Source: a virus
Lineage: Duplodnaviria; Caudoviricetes
IMG/VR virus record: IMGVR_UViG_3300037313_000809
Location: 1 to 61,453 of that record
Length of the DNA stretch: 61,453 nt
Strand: one strand, 5' to 3'
The number at the start of each line of letters is the position of its first letter. Position 1 is the first letter of the stretch. The notes beneath the pieces were generated by a model. The model saw nothing but the letters and a program-made list of their open reading frames with translations, made no database searches and was not told where the DNA came from. A program made the translations under genes and the position numbers. This document shows, piece by piece, positions 48,617-57,308 of this stretch.

Positions 48617-49816
48617 ATGCGCCGCCTCCCCATCTTCACCGGCTCAGGCACTCTCCGCGCGCTCCAGTGCGTCGCGAGCTGCGTGCTGCCGCAGGCCGAC
48701 GACAAGGCCGGACCCGCCGCGCAGGCAGGCACGACGCTGCATGCGTACTACCGGCGCGCGGCCCTCGTCGGACGCGATGCTGCCCTAGCCGAAGTTCCGC
48801 TCGATGCACCGGGGCGCGACCTCTGCGAAGCGCTCGACATCCACGCCGTGCCGATCGACGCGATGATCGCACTGCACGAGATCGCGATCGCGTACGACAT
48901 CGCGACCGACACGGCGCGGTTCCTGCGCGACGCGTATGGAGTAGCGATCGAGAACCGCGAGTACGAGAAGACTGTTCCGCCCCTCGTCTACTCCGAGATC
49001 CCGATGACGCTTGACGCGCTGGAATACGGCGGCGGCGACATCATCGCGTCGGATCTCAAAAGCGGGTCGGAGCATGCCGGGTACGTCGAGCAGGTGAATC
49101 TCGGGCTGCTCGCGGCGTCTCGTATCTATCGCGACCCCACGGCCCGCTTGCTCGGTCGCCTCATCTACACACGGGGGCATATCCGGGTGGACGAGTGGGA
49201 GGCGAGCGATGGTGATCTTGAAGCACTGCGCTCGCGGCTCGCGGCGACGTTGTCTCGGTTCGAAGAGCTGAGCGGCGGACCCATCGGGCGCGACGACGTG
49301 AACCCTGGCGAGTGGTGCTCGTACTGCCGGAGCAAGTTCGTCGGGTGTCCCGAGTACGCAAACGGGGCAGCGGAACTCGCGACGATGGATCAGGGCGCGC
49401 TCGCGAAGTTCCGATCGATGATCGTGACCGACGCGGGCAAGGCCGAAGCGTGGAAGCGGCTGCCGGTGTTGGAGGAGCTTGTTGCGTCGATGCGGCAGGA
49501 ACTCGACGCCGCAGTGATCGCAGGGCCGGTAACGATGGACGATGGCAGCACGCTGGGTGCTGTTCGCACCGAACGACGCAAGGTGGTCGGTGGCGAGATC
49601 GTTCGCAGCATGCTCGCTGGTGAGTTCGGAGAGGACGTAGCGAACGAAGCGGTCAAGGTCACGACCGAGTATGCGACGACTATTGGGGCAATCGAGAAGG
49701 CGGCGGGCAAGCGGAAGGCGGTTGTGATCGAAGCGCTCGAGATGGTGGGCGCGATCACGACGAGCACGAGTGTGAAGGCGGGGATCGTGAAGACGAAGAA
49801 AGGCAAGGCTGCGTGA
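48617..49816 (+). CDS. PD-(D/E)XK (Cas4/RecB-like) exonuclease
   Basis: GTTLH...TLD...DLKSG...Q...PGEWCSYC...CP. Confidence 0.8.
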   Translation: MRRLPIFTGSGTLRALQCVASCVLPQADDKAGPAAQAGTTLHAYYRRAALVGRDAALAEVPLDAPGRDLCEALDIHAVPIDAMIALHEIAIAYDIATDTARFLRDAYGVAIENREYEKTVPPLVYSEIPMTLDALEYGGGDIIASDLKSGSEHAGYVEQVNLGLLAASRIYRDPTARLLGRLIYTRGHIRVDEWEASDGDLEALRSRLAATLSRFEELSGGPIGRDDVNPGEWCSYCRSKFVGCPEYANGAAELATMDQGALAKFRSMIVTDAGKAEAWKRLPVLEELVASMRQELDAAVIAGPVTMDDGSTLGAVRTERRKVVGGEIVRSMLAGEFGEDVANEAVKVTTEYATTIGAIEKAAGKRKAVVIEALEMVGAITTSTSVKAGIVKTKKGKAA

Positions 49817-50283
49817 TGTTCGACGAGAAGCAGAAGAGCGAGTTGCGGGCGACGCTGGTGCGGGCACTGGCGATCATCGATGGCGTGAGCGGGGCTGCGA
49901 GTCAGCGCGGGCCGAGTGGCAATGCGGGTCTAGTAGTCGCGGACGACGCGGACCTCGACGGCAAGTTCGGCGACCCGCCCGTGCGCTTCGCGCCGCGACG
50001 GTTCGCGGGTGGCGAGCAGTACGTCGGGCGCACGTACAGCGAGTGTCCGAGCGACTTTCTGGATGCGCTGGCGGAAGCGCTGGAGTGGAGCGCGAACAAC
50101 CCAAAGCCGGGCAAGGACCCGAAGTACAGCGACTACGACAGGAAGGATGCGGCGCGGGCCAGAGGGTGGAGCCGACGCAACGCGAACGGGGTCAAGAGGA
50201 GGAGCGGCGGTGTCGATCGCGAAGAGATGCCCGAGCCGAACGACTTCGGCGGCAGCGAGGACTCTAGCGACCTGCCGTTCTGA
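49813..50283 (+). CDS. Putative ssDNA-binding protein
   Basis: Acidic C-terminus SSDLPF; follows the recombination genes. Confidence 0.5.
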   Translation: MMFDEKQKSELRATLVRALAIIDGVSGAASQRGPSGNAGLVVADDADLDGKFGDPPVRFAPRRFAGGEQYVGRTYSECPSDFLDALAEALEWSANNPKPGKDPKYSDYDRKDAARARGWSRRNANGVKRRSGGVDREEMPEPNDFGGSEDSSDLPF

Positions 50284-50382
50284 CTCCCGCCCCTCCCACG
50301 AGACGGCGTGACCACCGTCCGAGCGGGTGCGAGGCCCGTGTGAACGAATGCACAACACATGCGCTGCGGATGCGGCGGGGAG

Positions 50383-50682
50383 ATGACGACGATGAGCAAC
50401 AAGCAACTGTTCGTGGTGACCGTGACAACCGAGACCGTGGTGCTTGCTGAGGATATGCATGAAGCCGAAGCGCTCGCGCGCGATGACCTCAACGACATCA
50501 TGTTCGACGGTGGCGGCCCCGACGTGATGGCGTCGCCGATGACCTACTACCCCGGCGATATGGACGAGGGGTGCATCCCGTACGGGCATCGCGACGACGA
50601 AGACCCGGACAGGACCATCGGCGAGTGGGTGGATCGCGGAGCGGCGCCGAAGATGAGCGTTGTGAAGAGGGTCGGCACGTGA
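50383..50682 (+). CDS. Hypothetical protein
   Basis: RBS plus ORF. Confidence 0.55.
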   Translation: MTTMSNKQLFVVTVTTETVVLAEDMHEAEALARDDLNDIMFDGGGPDVMASPMTYYPGDMDEGCIPYGHRDDEDPDRTIGEWVDRGAAPKMSVVKRVGT

Positions 50683-51261
50683 ACACCGACCGCACCCGCT
50701 ACGAGAACCGCGCGCTGCGAGCTGCGATGCGTCCGCCCTGCACGCGCTGCCGTGGCCGCTACGGGCGAGCCGCCGACGTGCACCCCGAGACACCAGCCGA
50801 TCGACACGGCTGGTGTTACGCGTGCCGCCGCTTGGCGTGGCAGGCGGATCGGCGGGAGAGGGAGAGGGCAAGGCGAGCGGCGGCAGCGACGGCAACAGGA
50901 GTGGCGGCATGACGACGACGAACACCCTCGCCGCTGCATTCCTCGCGGACACTCTCGTGCGTACTCACGGCGCGACGCTGCGAACGATGAGCAGCCGCAC
51001 CGAGTACAAGTGCGACGACTGCCGTGTACTCGGCAACGTGCCGGTGTCTGAGTGGGCGCTGTGCAATCGGCACCTAAGGCAGCTGAGGGCATCGGGGGCA
51101 TGCGCCGAGTGGCTCATTCCATGCGCGCGATGTGGAGGCGACGAGCGATCGCGCATTCACCTCTACGGAATGGCGGCCGGGACGCGTGACACGCCCGACT
51201 GCTTCTGCCCGCGGTGCGGCGTCAACCTCAGCGAAGACTTTTGGCTGGTGATGAAGGAGTG

Positions 51262-53076
51262 ATGACGATGGTGACGCGAAGCGAAGAGAACCACGGGCGC
51301 AACTGTCTCACCGACCTCTGCACTCGCGGCTTCGACCACTCTGGCCGCTGCGATCCGTCCGCCATCGCTGCGGCGGACGAGAGGGCGAAGGGGAGTGAGG
51401 AGCGGTGGAGTGAAGGTGAAGCCGCGCGCGACGGCACGCCGCTGTTCACCGTGGTCTCTTCACCCCGCCCCGACGTCAAACCGCCTGTCACGACGTACAC
51501 GAGCGACGGCCACGGCAGCGTGTGCCTCAGCGAAGCGGACGTGCGCGCACTCGTCGCCGACATCCTGAGCCATGCCATAGGAGCAGAGACGCCGAGGGAG
51601 ACGGTTGAGCGCATGGGTCGTGACCTCCACGATACGCGCGACGATCGCGATGAGTGGCGCAAGAGCGTGGCGGCTCTGGATACCTCGTTGCGCCGGGTGA
51701 CACAGGAGCGGGACGCGATGCGCGGGCGGATCACGAGCGCGCGCGAACTCATCAAAGACATCTGGCCGACTGGCGACGCGTTGTTCTCGGCAATGCTCCG
51801 TCACCGACTCGCGTGCATCGATCGAGACTTGGAGCCGAACGCATGGGCGCAGAGCGAGATCGACGAGTTGTCCAAGGCGGACCCTACCGCCACCCCGCCC
51901 CGCCCGATGCCGAGCGAAAGAGAAGAAGGCCGTGGCGGTGCAGAGCCGGGTGGCACGAGTGGCGAGGCTGTGCGTGTTGTCTCCTCCGATGCGCACGATG
52001 CGGCGCCGAGCGGCGCGGCTTCTACTACGACGCCGCGCGCAGAGCCGGGCTCGTGTGAGTTCTGCTCCACGTCGTCGGGCATCGTCGATGACTACCAGCG
52101 CGCGATCGAACGGCTGCGCCCCGGTCACACGCCGCACTGCAACTCCGGTTTCGTGCACGGACACGGCGAGTGCGAATGCGGCACGAGCGGTGACACCGAC
52201 GCGTTAGCGCGGATCGCTGCCGACGAATACGACCGTGTGTTCGAAGCGCAGCCGGTTCCGTGGCGAGCGCGAACGGAGTGGATGCGGAACGCGTGGTCGT
52301 CCATCGCCTCCGCCGTCGCGTCTGCGGTGCGGGAGGAGATGCGGCGCGACACGAGCATGCGCGGCCCGCACGCGATCGTGCACAAGTCGATGCTCGCGCA
52401 GTTAACCGAAGCGCGCGACGCGTGGAAGGCGAAGGCGGAGACGTGGCAGCAAGAGGCCGCGAAAGCCGCCATCGACACGCTCCGCGAGATCAATGCACGT
52501 GAGCATGCCGAGCGCGAGCGTGACGAAGCGGTCACAGAGCTTCGGAAGAGCGACGCGGCGTTCGTGCGTGTCGTGCGCGCTCTGAACGAGGCGGACGATC
52601 GCACGAGACTCGCCATGACCGAAGGGCTCGCCGAGTGCGAGCGTCTTCGGGATGAGATCGACGCCGCATGGAGGGAGAGCCGCGCCGAGTCCATGCGTGG
52701 CACATGGACGCTCGCGACGCTCATCCGTCACCGAAGCATGTCTGTCGATCGGTACCGTGAGCACGCGCAGTGGGCGTTGAATCGTGTGGAGATGCGTGCC
52801 GCAGAAGCCGCCGCAGCGAACCTCGCCCTTGCCGACGCGGCCGGCGCGACGCCGAGTGATCTGCACGCACGCATCGGGCACCAGCGGCGCGAGCTGAAAG
52901 CATTGAATCGGCTGCTCTCGCCGGAGGGGCGCGAGCAGGTGAAGCGGATGCGGGAGGCGCTGGAGTGGATCGTCAACGCGGCGAAGGTGGAGCCGGGCAT
53001 TCACCCGCGCCTCGTCGACACCGCCCGTGCCGCGCTGACTTCGTGTGCTGACGCGGGGAAGAAGGGAGCGAAGTGA
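51262..53076 (+). CDS. Large mosaic coiled-coil hypothetical protein
   Basis: AAGGAG RBS; repeated ERDE-type helical segments. Confidence 0.6.
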   Translation: MTMVTRSEENHGRNCLTDLCTRGFDHSGRCDPSAIAAADERAKGSEERWSEGEAARDGTPLFTVVSSPRPDVKPPVTTYTSDGHGSVCLSEADVRALVADILSHAIGAETPRETVERMGRDLHDTRDDRDEWRKSVAALDTSLRRVTQERDAMRGRITSARELIKDIWPTGDALFSAMLRHRLACIDRDLEPNAWAQSEIDELSKADPTATPPRPMPSEREEGRGGAEPGGTSGEAVRVVSSDAHDAAPSGAASTTTPRAEPGSCEFCSTSSGIVDDYQRAIERLRPGHTPHCNSGFVHGHGECECGTSGDTDALARIAADEYDRVFEAQPVPWRARTEWMRNAWSSIASAVASAVREEMRRDTSMRGPHAIVHKSMLAQLTEARDAWKAKAETWQQEAAKAAIDTLREINAREHAERERDEAVTELRKSDAAFVRVVRALNEADDRTRLAMTEGLAECERLRDEIDAAWRESRAESMRGTWTLATLIRHRSMSVDRYREHAQWALNRVEMRAAEAAAANLALADAAGATPSDLHARIGHQRRELKALNRLLSPEGREQVKRMREALEWIVNAAKVEPGIHPRLVDTARAALTSCADAGKKGAK

Positions 53077-53351
53077 TGAAGGCATATGAAGTGAAAACGG
53101 GTGGCGCGGTGTACTGGCTCGCGGCGAACGACGACGAGGAAGCGCGACGGGTGTTCCGCCAAGGGCTCGTCGACGAGATGGGCGAGTGCGAGGACATCGA
53201 CCGCGAGTACATGCCGGATGCGGAGTTCGCGCCGATGACGGTCGAAGCGCTCGCATCGAAGTGGTTCCGTGACGATGGCGTGCGCAGACCGATGTCCGAG
53301 CTGTTCGCCGAGATGACCGAACCGGGCGTGATCGCCTGCACGGAGTGGTGA
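53073..53351 (+). CDS. Hypothetical protein
   Basis: Coupled ORF. Confidence 0.55.
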   Translation: MMKAYEVKTGGAVYWLAANDDEEARRVFRQGLVDEMGECEDIDREYMPDAEFAPMTVEALASKWFRDDGVRRPMSELFAEMTEPGVIACTEW

Positions 53352-53354
53352 GCA

Positions 53355-53768
53355 ATGAGCGCGATCGACGAACTCAAAGCACTTGAGGCGAACGCTACGG
53401 CCGCCCCGTGGAAGGTCGCGGGCATCTGCGCCGAGTGCACGTGTGGTAAGCCCGAGACGCACGGGAGCATTCAGGTCACCGACGCACGCGGTATCTCGCG
53501 CAACGTGGTCGACGGCTTCCGATGCGCGAACGCGTCGAACGACGTGCAGCTGATCGCGCTCCTCCGCAACCGCGCCGCGGATCTGATCGCGTTGGCGGAA
53601 GCGGTCCGCACGTGGCGCGACGCACAGACCGCGGAGCGCATCGCGCGCGCAAGGTGGGGCACTGGCTCTGCTGCGGCTGACGACGCGGCACTGAAGACGC
53701 TCGGCGCAGAGATGGCGGTGCACCGTGCTCTCGCTCGCGTGGACAACAACGGAGAGGGGGAGCGATGA
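53355..53768 (+). CDS. Ead/Ea22-like protein
   Basis: ELKALEANATAAPW...DVQLIALLRN. Confidence 0.55.
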   Translation: MSAIDELKALEANATAAPWKVAGICAECTCGKPETHGSIQVTDARGISRNVVDGFRCANASNDVQLIALLRNRAADLIALAEAVRTWRDAQTAERIARARWGTGSAAADDAALKTLGAEMAVHRALARVDNNGEGER

Positions 53769-54364
53769 AGACGAAGACCTGTAGTCCGCGAGCCATCGGC
53801 GACTGCTGCGACGCGATTGCGCCAGTCGTGGTCCGGTTCTCCGAGTCGATGTTGTTCAAGCTGCATCGACATCATGCGAAGGGCGATCGCGAGGGATGGG
53901 CGAAAGAGGACCCGCAGTGGCTCCTTAGTCGCCTATTGGAAGAGACGAGCGAGCTGTCCGCTGCGATCAACCTCGGCAACCCGACCGACGTGCGCAACGA
54001 AGCGGCCGACGTCGCGAACTTCGCGATGATGATTGCCGACGTGTGCGGCGGGTTCGATGGGCCGATGCCTGAGGTGCGTGACGACTCCTCCCGCCTCACC
54101 CGCATCGCGGCGTGTGCGAAGGATGCGATGCGTGCGATGGCTCCAGCGCTGTGCGGGCGCGAGACGACGCCGGGCACGATGTGCTCTCGTCCTGCCACGC
54201 AACACGGCACATCGTACGGTGCCATCGTGTACCCGCGATGCGACGAGCATGCGGGTGACATTGGGCTAGCGCGCATCGTCGCCACTGACTTCCGCTACGC
54301 CGCACCGCTCCGCTCCCTCCTCGCCGCGCTTCACGACGAAGAGAAGTGGGAGGCGAAGCGATGA
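53765..54364 (+). CDS. MazG-like (all-alpha NTP pyrophosphatase) domain protein
   Basis: RLLEETSEL...EAADVANFAMMIAD. Confidence 0.6.
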   Translation: MKTKTCSPRAIGDCCDAIAPVVVRFSESMLFKLHRHHAKGDREGWAKEDPQWLLSRLLEETSELSAAINLGNPTDVRNEAADVANFAMMIADVCGGFDGPMPEVRDDSSRLTRIAACAKDAMRAMAPALCGRETTPGTMCSRPATQHGTSYGAIVYPRCDEHAGDIGLARIVATDFRYAAPLRSLLAALHDEEKWEAKR

Positions 54365-54699
54365 GCACGCGAGACGATTGCCCCGACTGCGAGGGCTACG
54401 GTGGCGGCGTGGCCCACACGTGCCGCGCACCCGACCCGCGTGACGCCGCCATCGCGCGGCTGACAAGCGAGAACGAGGCGATGCGCGCGGAGATCAACGC
54501 CCTACGCGCGAAGGTCGACGAAGAGCGGAAGCTCGTATGCGAGCGACGGGAGCGGATGTTCGCGGGCGGGAACGACGCTGTCGGGATGGTATTCACGTCG
54601 ATGCGAACGGCGCTGGACCGCATCGCGCAGCTGGAGCCGGTGCCTAAGACGTGTTGGCACGGGGAGCCTGTGGCGAGGAAGGAGAGCGAGGGGCGATGA
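54361..54699 (+). CDS. Hypothetical protein
   Basis: Coupled ORF. Confidence 0.5.
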   Translation: MSTRDDCPDCEGYGGGVAHTCRAPDPRDAAIARLTSENEAMRAEINALRAKVDEERKLVCERRERMFAGGNDAVGMVFTSMRTALDRIAQLEPVPKTCWHGEPVARKESEGR

Positions 54700-55175
54700 G
54701 CGAAACACACGACGGCTGCCGCAATTGCTCGTGCGCACCACTCCCGTGCGTATGCGGGTGTCACGCGACGAGTCAGTGGGTGCTCGCATGCACCGACGAG
54801 TACAAGCGCGTCGGCGACGAGAATCTCGTTGCCTCGCTCCGCGCCGAGCTGGATCACGTCGCCGCCGAGCGCGACGAGGCGAGGCGAGAGCGTGACGAGG
54901 CACGCGAGGCGCACGCGTTCCTCGACGGATGCGTGTCGTCGATTAAGTCGAACCACGCGCGGTCGATCGCGGAGCAGCGCAGGCTCAAGGAAGAATCGCT
55001 GGCCGCGCGTGCCGTTGTCGAGGCGGCGAGGGCGCTCGTCAACGAACCGACGTCGGACGAACTGAGCATCGGCAACGCGAACGTGTGGACGCGCGGCGAG
55101 ATCAAGGCGGCGCAGGCTCTCGCTGCCGCTCTGTCCGCCTACGACGCGGCGGCATCAGCGAAGGGTGGTGCGTGA
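54696..55175 (+). CDS. Hypothetical coiled-coil protein
   Basis: Coupled ORF. Confidence 0.5.
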   Translation: MSETHDGCRNCSCAPLPCVCGCHATSQWVLACTDEYKRVGDENLVASLRAELDHVAAERDEARRERDEAREAHAFLDGCVSSIKSNHARSIAEQRRLKEESLAARAVVEAARALVNEPTSDELSIGNANVWTRGEIKAAQALAAALSAYDAAASAKGGA

Positions 55176-55495
55176 TGGAGAGGACGACGCGATACGACAC
55201 CGACGTCCGCATGGTGAACACCGGCACGTTCTGGTCTGTGCAGGTCTGCGACATCGCCGTGGCTCCCGGCTCTGGCTGGTACGAGGTCGCGGCCTTCGAT
55301 GACGAGCCTTCTGCGTGGTGGCTCACGTGTCGTGTGCGCGAGTGGATCAGTGAGAACGACGGGGCGATCTCGCCGCTTGGAGCGCGAACGATTGGCGGTG
55401 CGCTCGCAAAGGCTCGCGAGGTCGCGCATGCGGCGGGTGTGGCTGCGGGTGTGGTTCGCGAGCGGAAGCGATGGGAGGCGATGCGCCGTGGCTGA
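55175..55495 (+). CDS. Hypothetical protein
   Basis: Coupled ORF. Confidence 0.5.
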   Translation: MERTTRYDTDVRMVNTGTFWSVQVCDIAVAPGSGWYEVAAFDDEPSAWWLTCRVREWISENDGAISPLGARTIGGALAKAREVAHAAGVAAGVVRERKRWEAMRRG

Positions 55496-55781
55496 CACCC
55501 CCGACTCGATCGCCGCCACAATCGCCCGCAACGTCTACACGCCGCTGCCCGATGCGCTGGCGCACGAGATCGCCGCGGCGATTAGGGAGGCAGTCGCTGC
55601 GGAACGCGAGGCGTGTGCCGCCATCGCCGACGAGATGCGCGAGGCTGCGCTGGCACGCATGGCGGCACTCCGCCAGAAGCAGACGCTGTGGGACGACACG
55701 TGGGCGGATCGTGATGGCGCGCTGGCCGAGCATGCCCGTCAGTTCGCCGCATCCATTCGCGCGAGGGGTGGGGTGCGATGA
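55488..55781 (+). CDS. Hypothetical protein
   Basis: AAEREACAAIAD phage motif. Confidence 0.5.
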   Translation: MADTPDSIAATIARNVYTPLPDALAHEIAAAIREAVAAEREACAAIADEMREAALARMAALRQKQTLWDDTWADRDGALAEHARQFAASIRARGGVR

Positions 55782-56164
55782 GTGCGAAGGTAATCGCCCT
55801 CCCCCAGCGCCGGTTCGTCGATGTCGCCTACGTGATGGCGGAGACGGGCCGAAGCGAATCGTGGGCGCGGGCGAAACTCAAGCGGCTCGCGAAGGGACTT
55901 GGTCGGGATCCCGACGCTCGCGATGCTCTTCTCGTCCCGCGTGTGGTGTGGGACCGTTTCGCGGCGGAGCAGTTTGGTGCGGAGGATGGCGGATGCGACT
56001 CAGGAAACGGAACGGTATCTACCACGTGCGTTACTGGGATCACGGCGAGCGCGTCGAACGATCCACGAAGCAAACCGATCGCAAGGCGGCGGAAGCGGAG
56101 GGCCGTAAGCTCGAGCGCGAGGCTTCTGATCCCGACTACGCGCGCTCGCGGAGTGCGACGCTGA
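55778..56164 (+). CDS. Putative excisionase overlapping the int start
   Basis: HTH-like VAYVMAETGRSESWAR; position. Confidence 0.55.
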   Translation: MSAKVIALPQRRFVDVAYVMAETGRSESWARAKLKRLAKGLGRDPDARDALLVPRVVWDRFAAEQFGAEDGGCDSGNGTVSTTCVTGITASASNDPRSKPIARRRKRRAVSSSARLLIPTTRARGVRR

Positions 56165-57306
56165 ACGACGCGTTCGCATTGCTGCACGCGGATCGCGCGG
56201 AGCAAGCGCGAGCGGGACGCAAGAGCGCCGCAACAGTCTCGTTCTACCGCCAGAAGGCTGGCCACTGGGCGCGCATCCTCGGACATGACTTCCCGCTGGA
56301 GCGGCTCACGTCACGCGAGGTCACGCGGTACGTTTCGGTGCGACGTTCCGAGAGCGTCGATGTGGCGGGGAAGAAGCCGGTCAGCGACCACACGATCGGA
56401 AAGGAACTCGTGGCGCTGCGAGCCGCGCTGAAGCTCGCCGTACACGACAGGATCTGGCGAGGTGACCCGAAGGCTGTCGTGCCCGTGTCGTTCTCGCCCG
56501 ACTACAAGCCGCGCGATCGATGGCTACCGCCCGACGAGTTCAACGCACTGCTTGGCGCGCTGGACCCGCACGAGGCCGCGCGCGCTGCATTCATGGTCGC
56601 CGTGTCGGCAGAGTGGGGCGCGACCGAGCGGGCGGAGCGACCGGACGCGTCTGGCGAGTCAGTGCACGTTCGCGGGACGAAGCGCGCGACTCGTAACCGA
56701 TGGGTGCCGATCGTCACTGAGTGGCAGCGAGACTTGATTGCGTACGCGCTGAAACATGCTGGGACGCGGGGCCGCATCCTGTTCAAACCGTGGCCGAGTG
56801 TCCACCAGTCGCTCGCGTGGGCGTGCGAGCGGGCCGGGATCGACTACTGCACCCCGAACGATCTGCGCCGCACGTTCGCCCAGTGGATGCGCCGCGATGG
56901 GATGCCGATCGAACTCGTCGCGCCGATGATGGGGCACGCCGATACGAAGATGCTTCAGAGGGTCTACGGCCGCCTAGATCCAGCGACACTAGCAGCGCGC
57001 GCGAGAGCCGCCCTCTGCCCCACCAGTGCCCCACCGAGAAGCGAAACGGATGCGGAGATGGAGGGCATGACGGGGACGTTCGACGTGCGTTCCGAGCGGG
57101 GAAACAAGGGTCGAACGATGGTAGGTCGTCCGGGACTCGAACCCGGGACCAACGGATTAAAAGTCCGTCGAGACCATACGTGGGCTGAGCCGGGAAAGAC
57201 AGCACCGAAACGCGTGCGCGAGGTCGCGCCGAAAGCGGCGCTTGCCCCACCAGTGCCCCACCCAGCGACGAAGAGCGCGGCGAACCCCGTCGCGCGGGAG
57301 GCATAG
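55993..57306 (+). CDS. int: Tyrosine integrase
   Basis: Arm-binding N-terminus RKRNGIYHVRYW...RSTK; GTK, PNDLRRT, MGH, RVY. Confidence 0.9.
   Translation: MRLRKRNGIYHVRYWDHGERVERSTKQTDRKAAEAEGRKLEREASDPDYARSRSATLNDAFALLHADRAEQARAGRKSAATVSFYRQKAGHWARILGHDFPLERLTSREVTRYVSVRRSESVDVAGKKPVSDHTIGKELVALRAALKLAVHDRIWRGDPKAVVPVSFSPDYKPRDRWLPPDEFNALLGALDPHEAARAAFMVAVSAEWGATERAERPDASGESVHVRGTKRATRNRWVPIVTEWQRDLIAYALKHAGTRGRILFKPWPSVHQSLAWACERAGIDYCTPNDLRRTFAQWMRRDGMPIELVAPMMGHADTKMLQRVYGRLDPATLAARARAALCPTSAPPRSETDAEMEGMTGTFDVRSERGNKGRTMVGRPGLEPGTNGLKVRRDHTWAEPGKTAPKRVREVAPKAALAPPVPHPATKSAANPVAREA
57016..57262 (+). repeat. 20-bp direct repeats TGCCCCACCAGTGCCCCACC (57016-57035, 57243-57262), putative Int arm sites
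   Basis: Perfect copies on either side of the att core. Confidence 0.8.
57119..57168 (-). other. attP core: 3' portion of tRNA-Lys(TTT)
   Basis: ACGGA-CTTTTAA-TCCGT...CCGGG-TTCGAGT-CCCGG ACGACCT ACCA; no 5' half. Confidence 0.85.
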
Positions 57307-57308
57307 CC

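Noticed and set aside
48617-49816. CRISPR-Cas system (Cas4-like gene)
   Set aside because: No repeat-spacer array or other cas genes were seen; the context is a RecT/exonuclease/SSB recombination module.
57119-57168. Complete tRNA-Lys gene
   Set aside because: The acceptor 5' strand and D-arm are absent; it is an att core.
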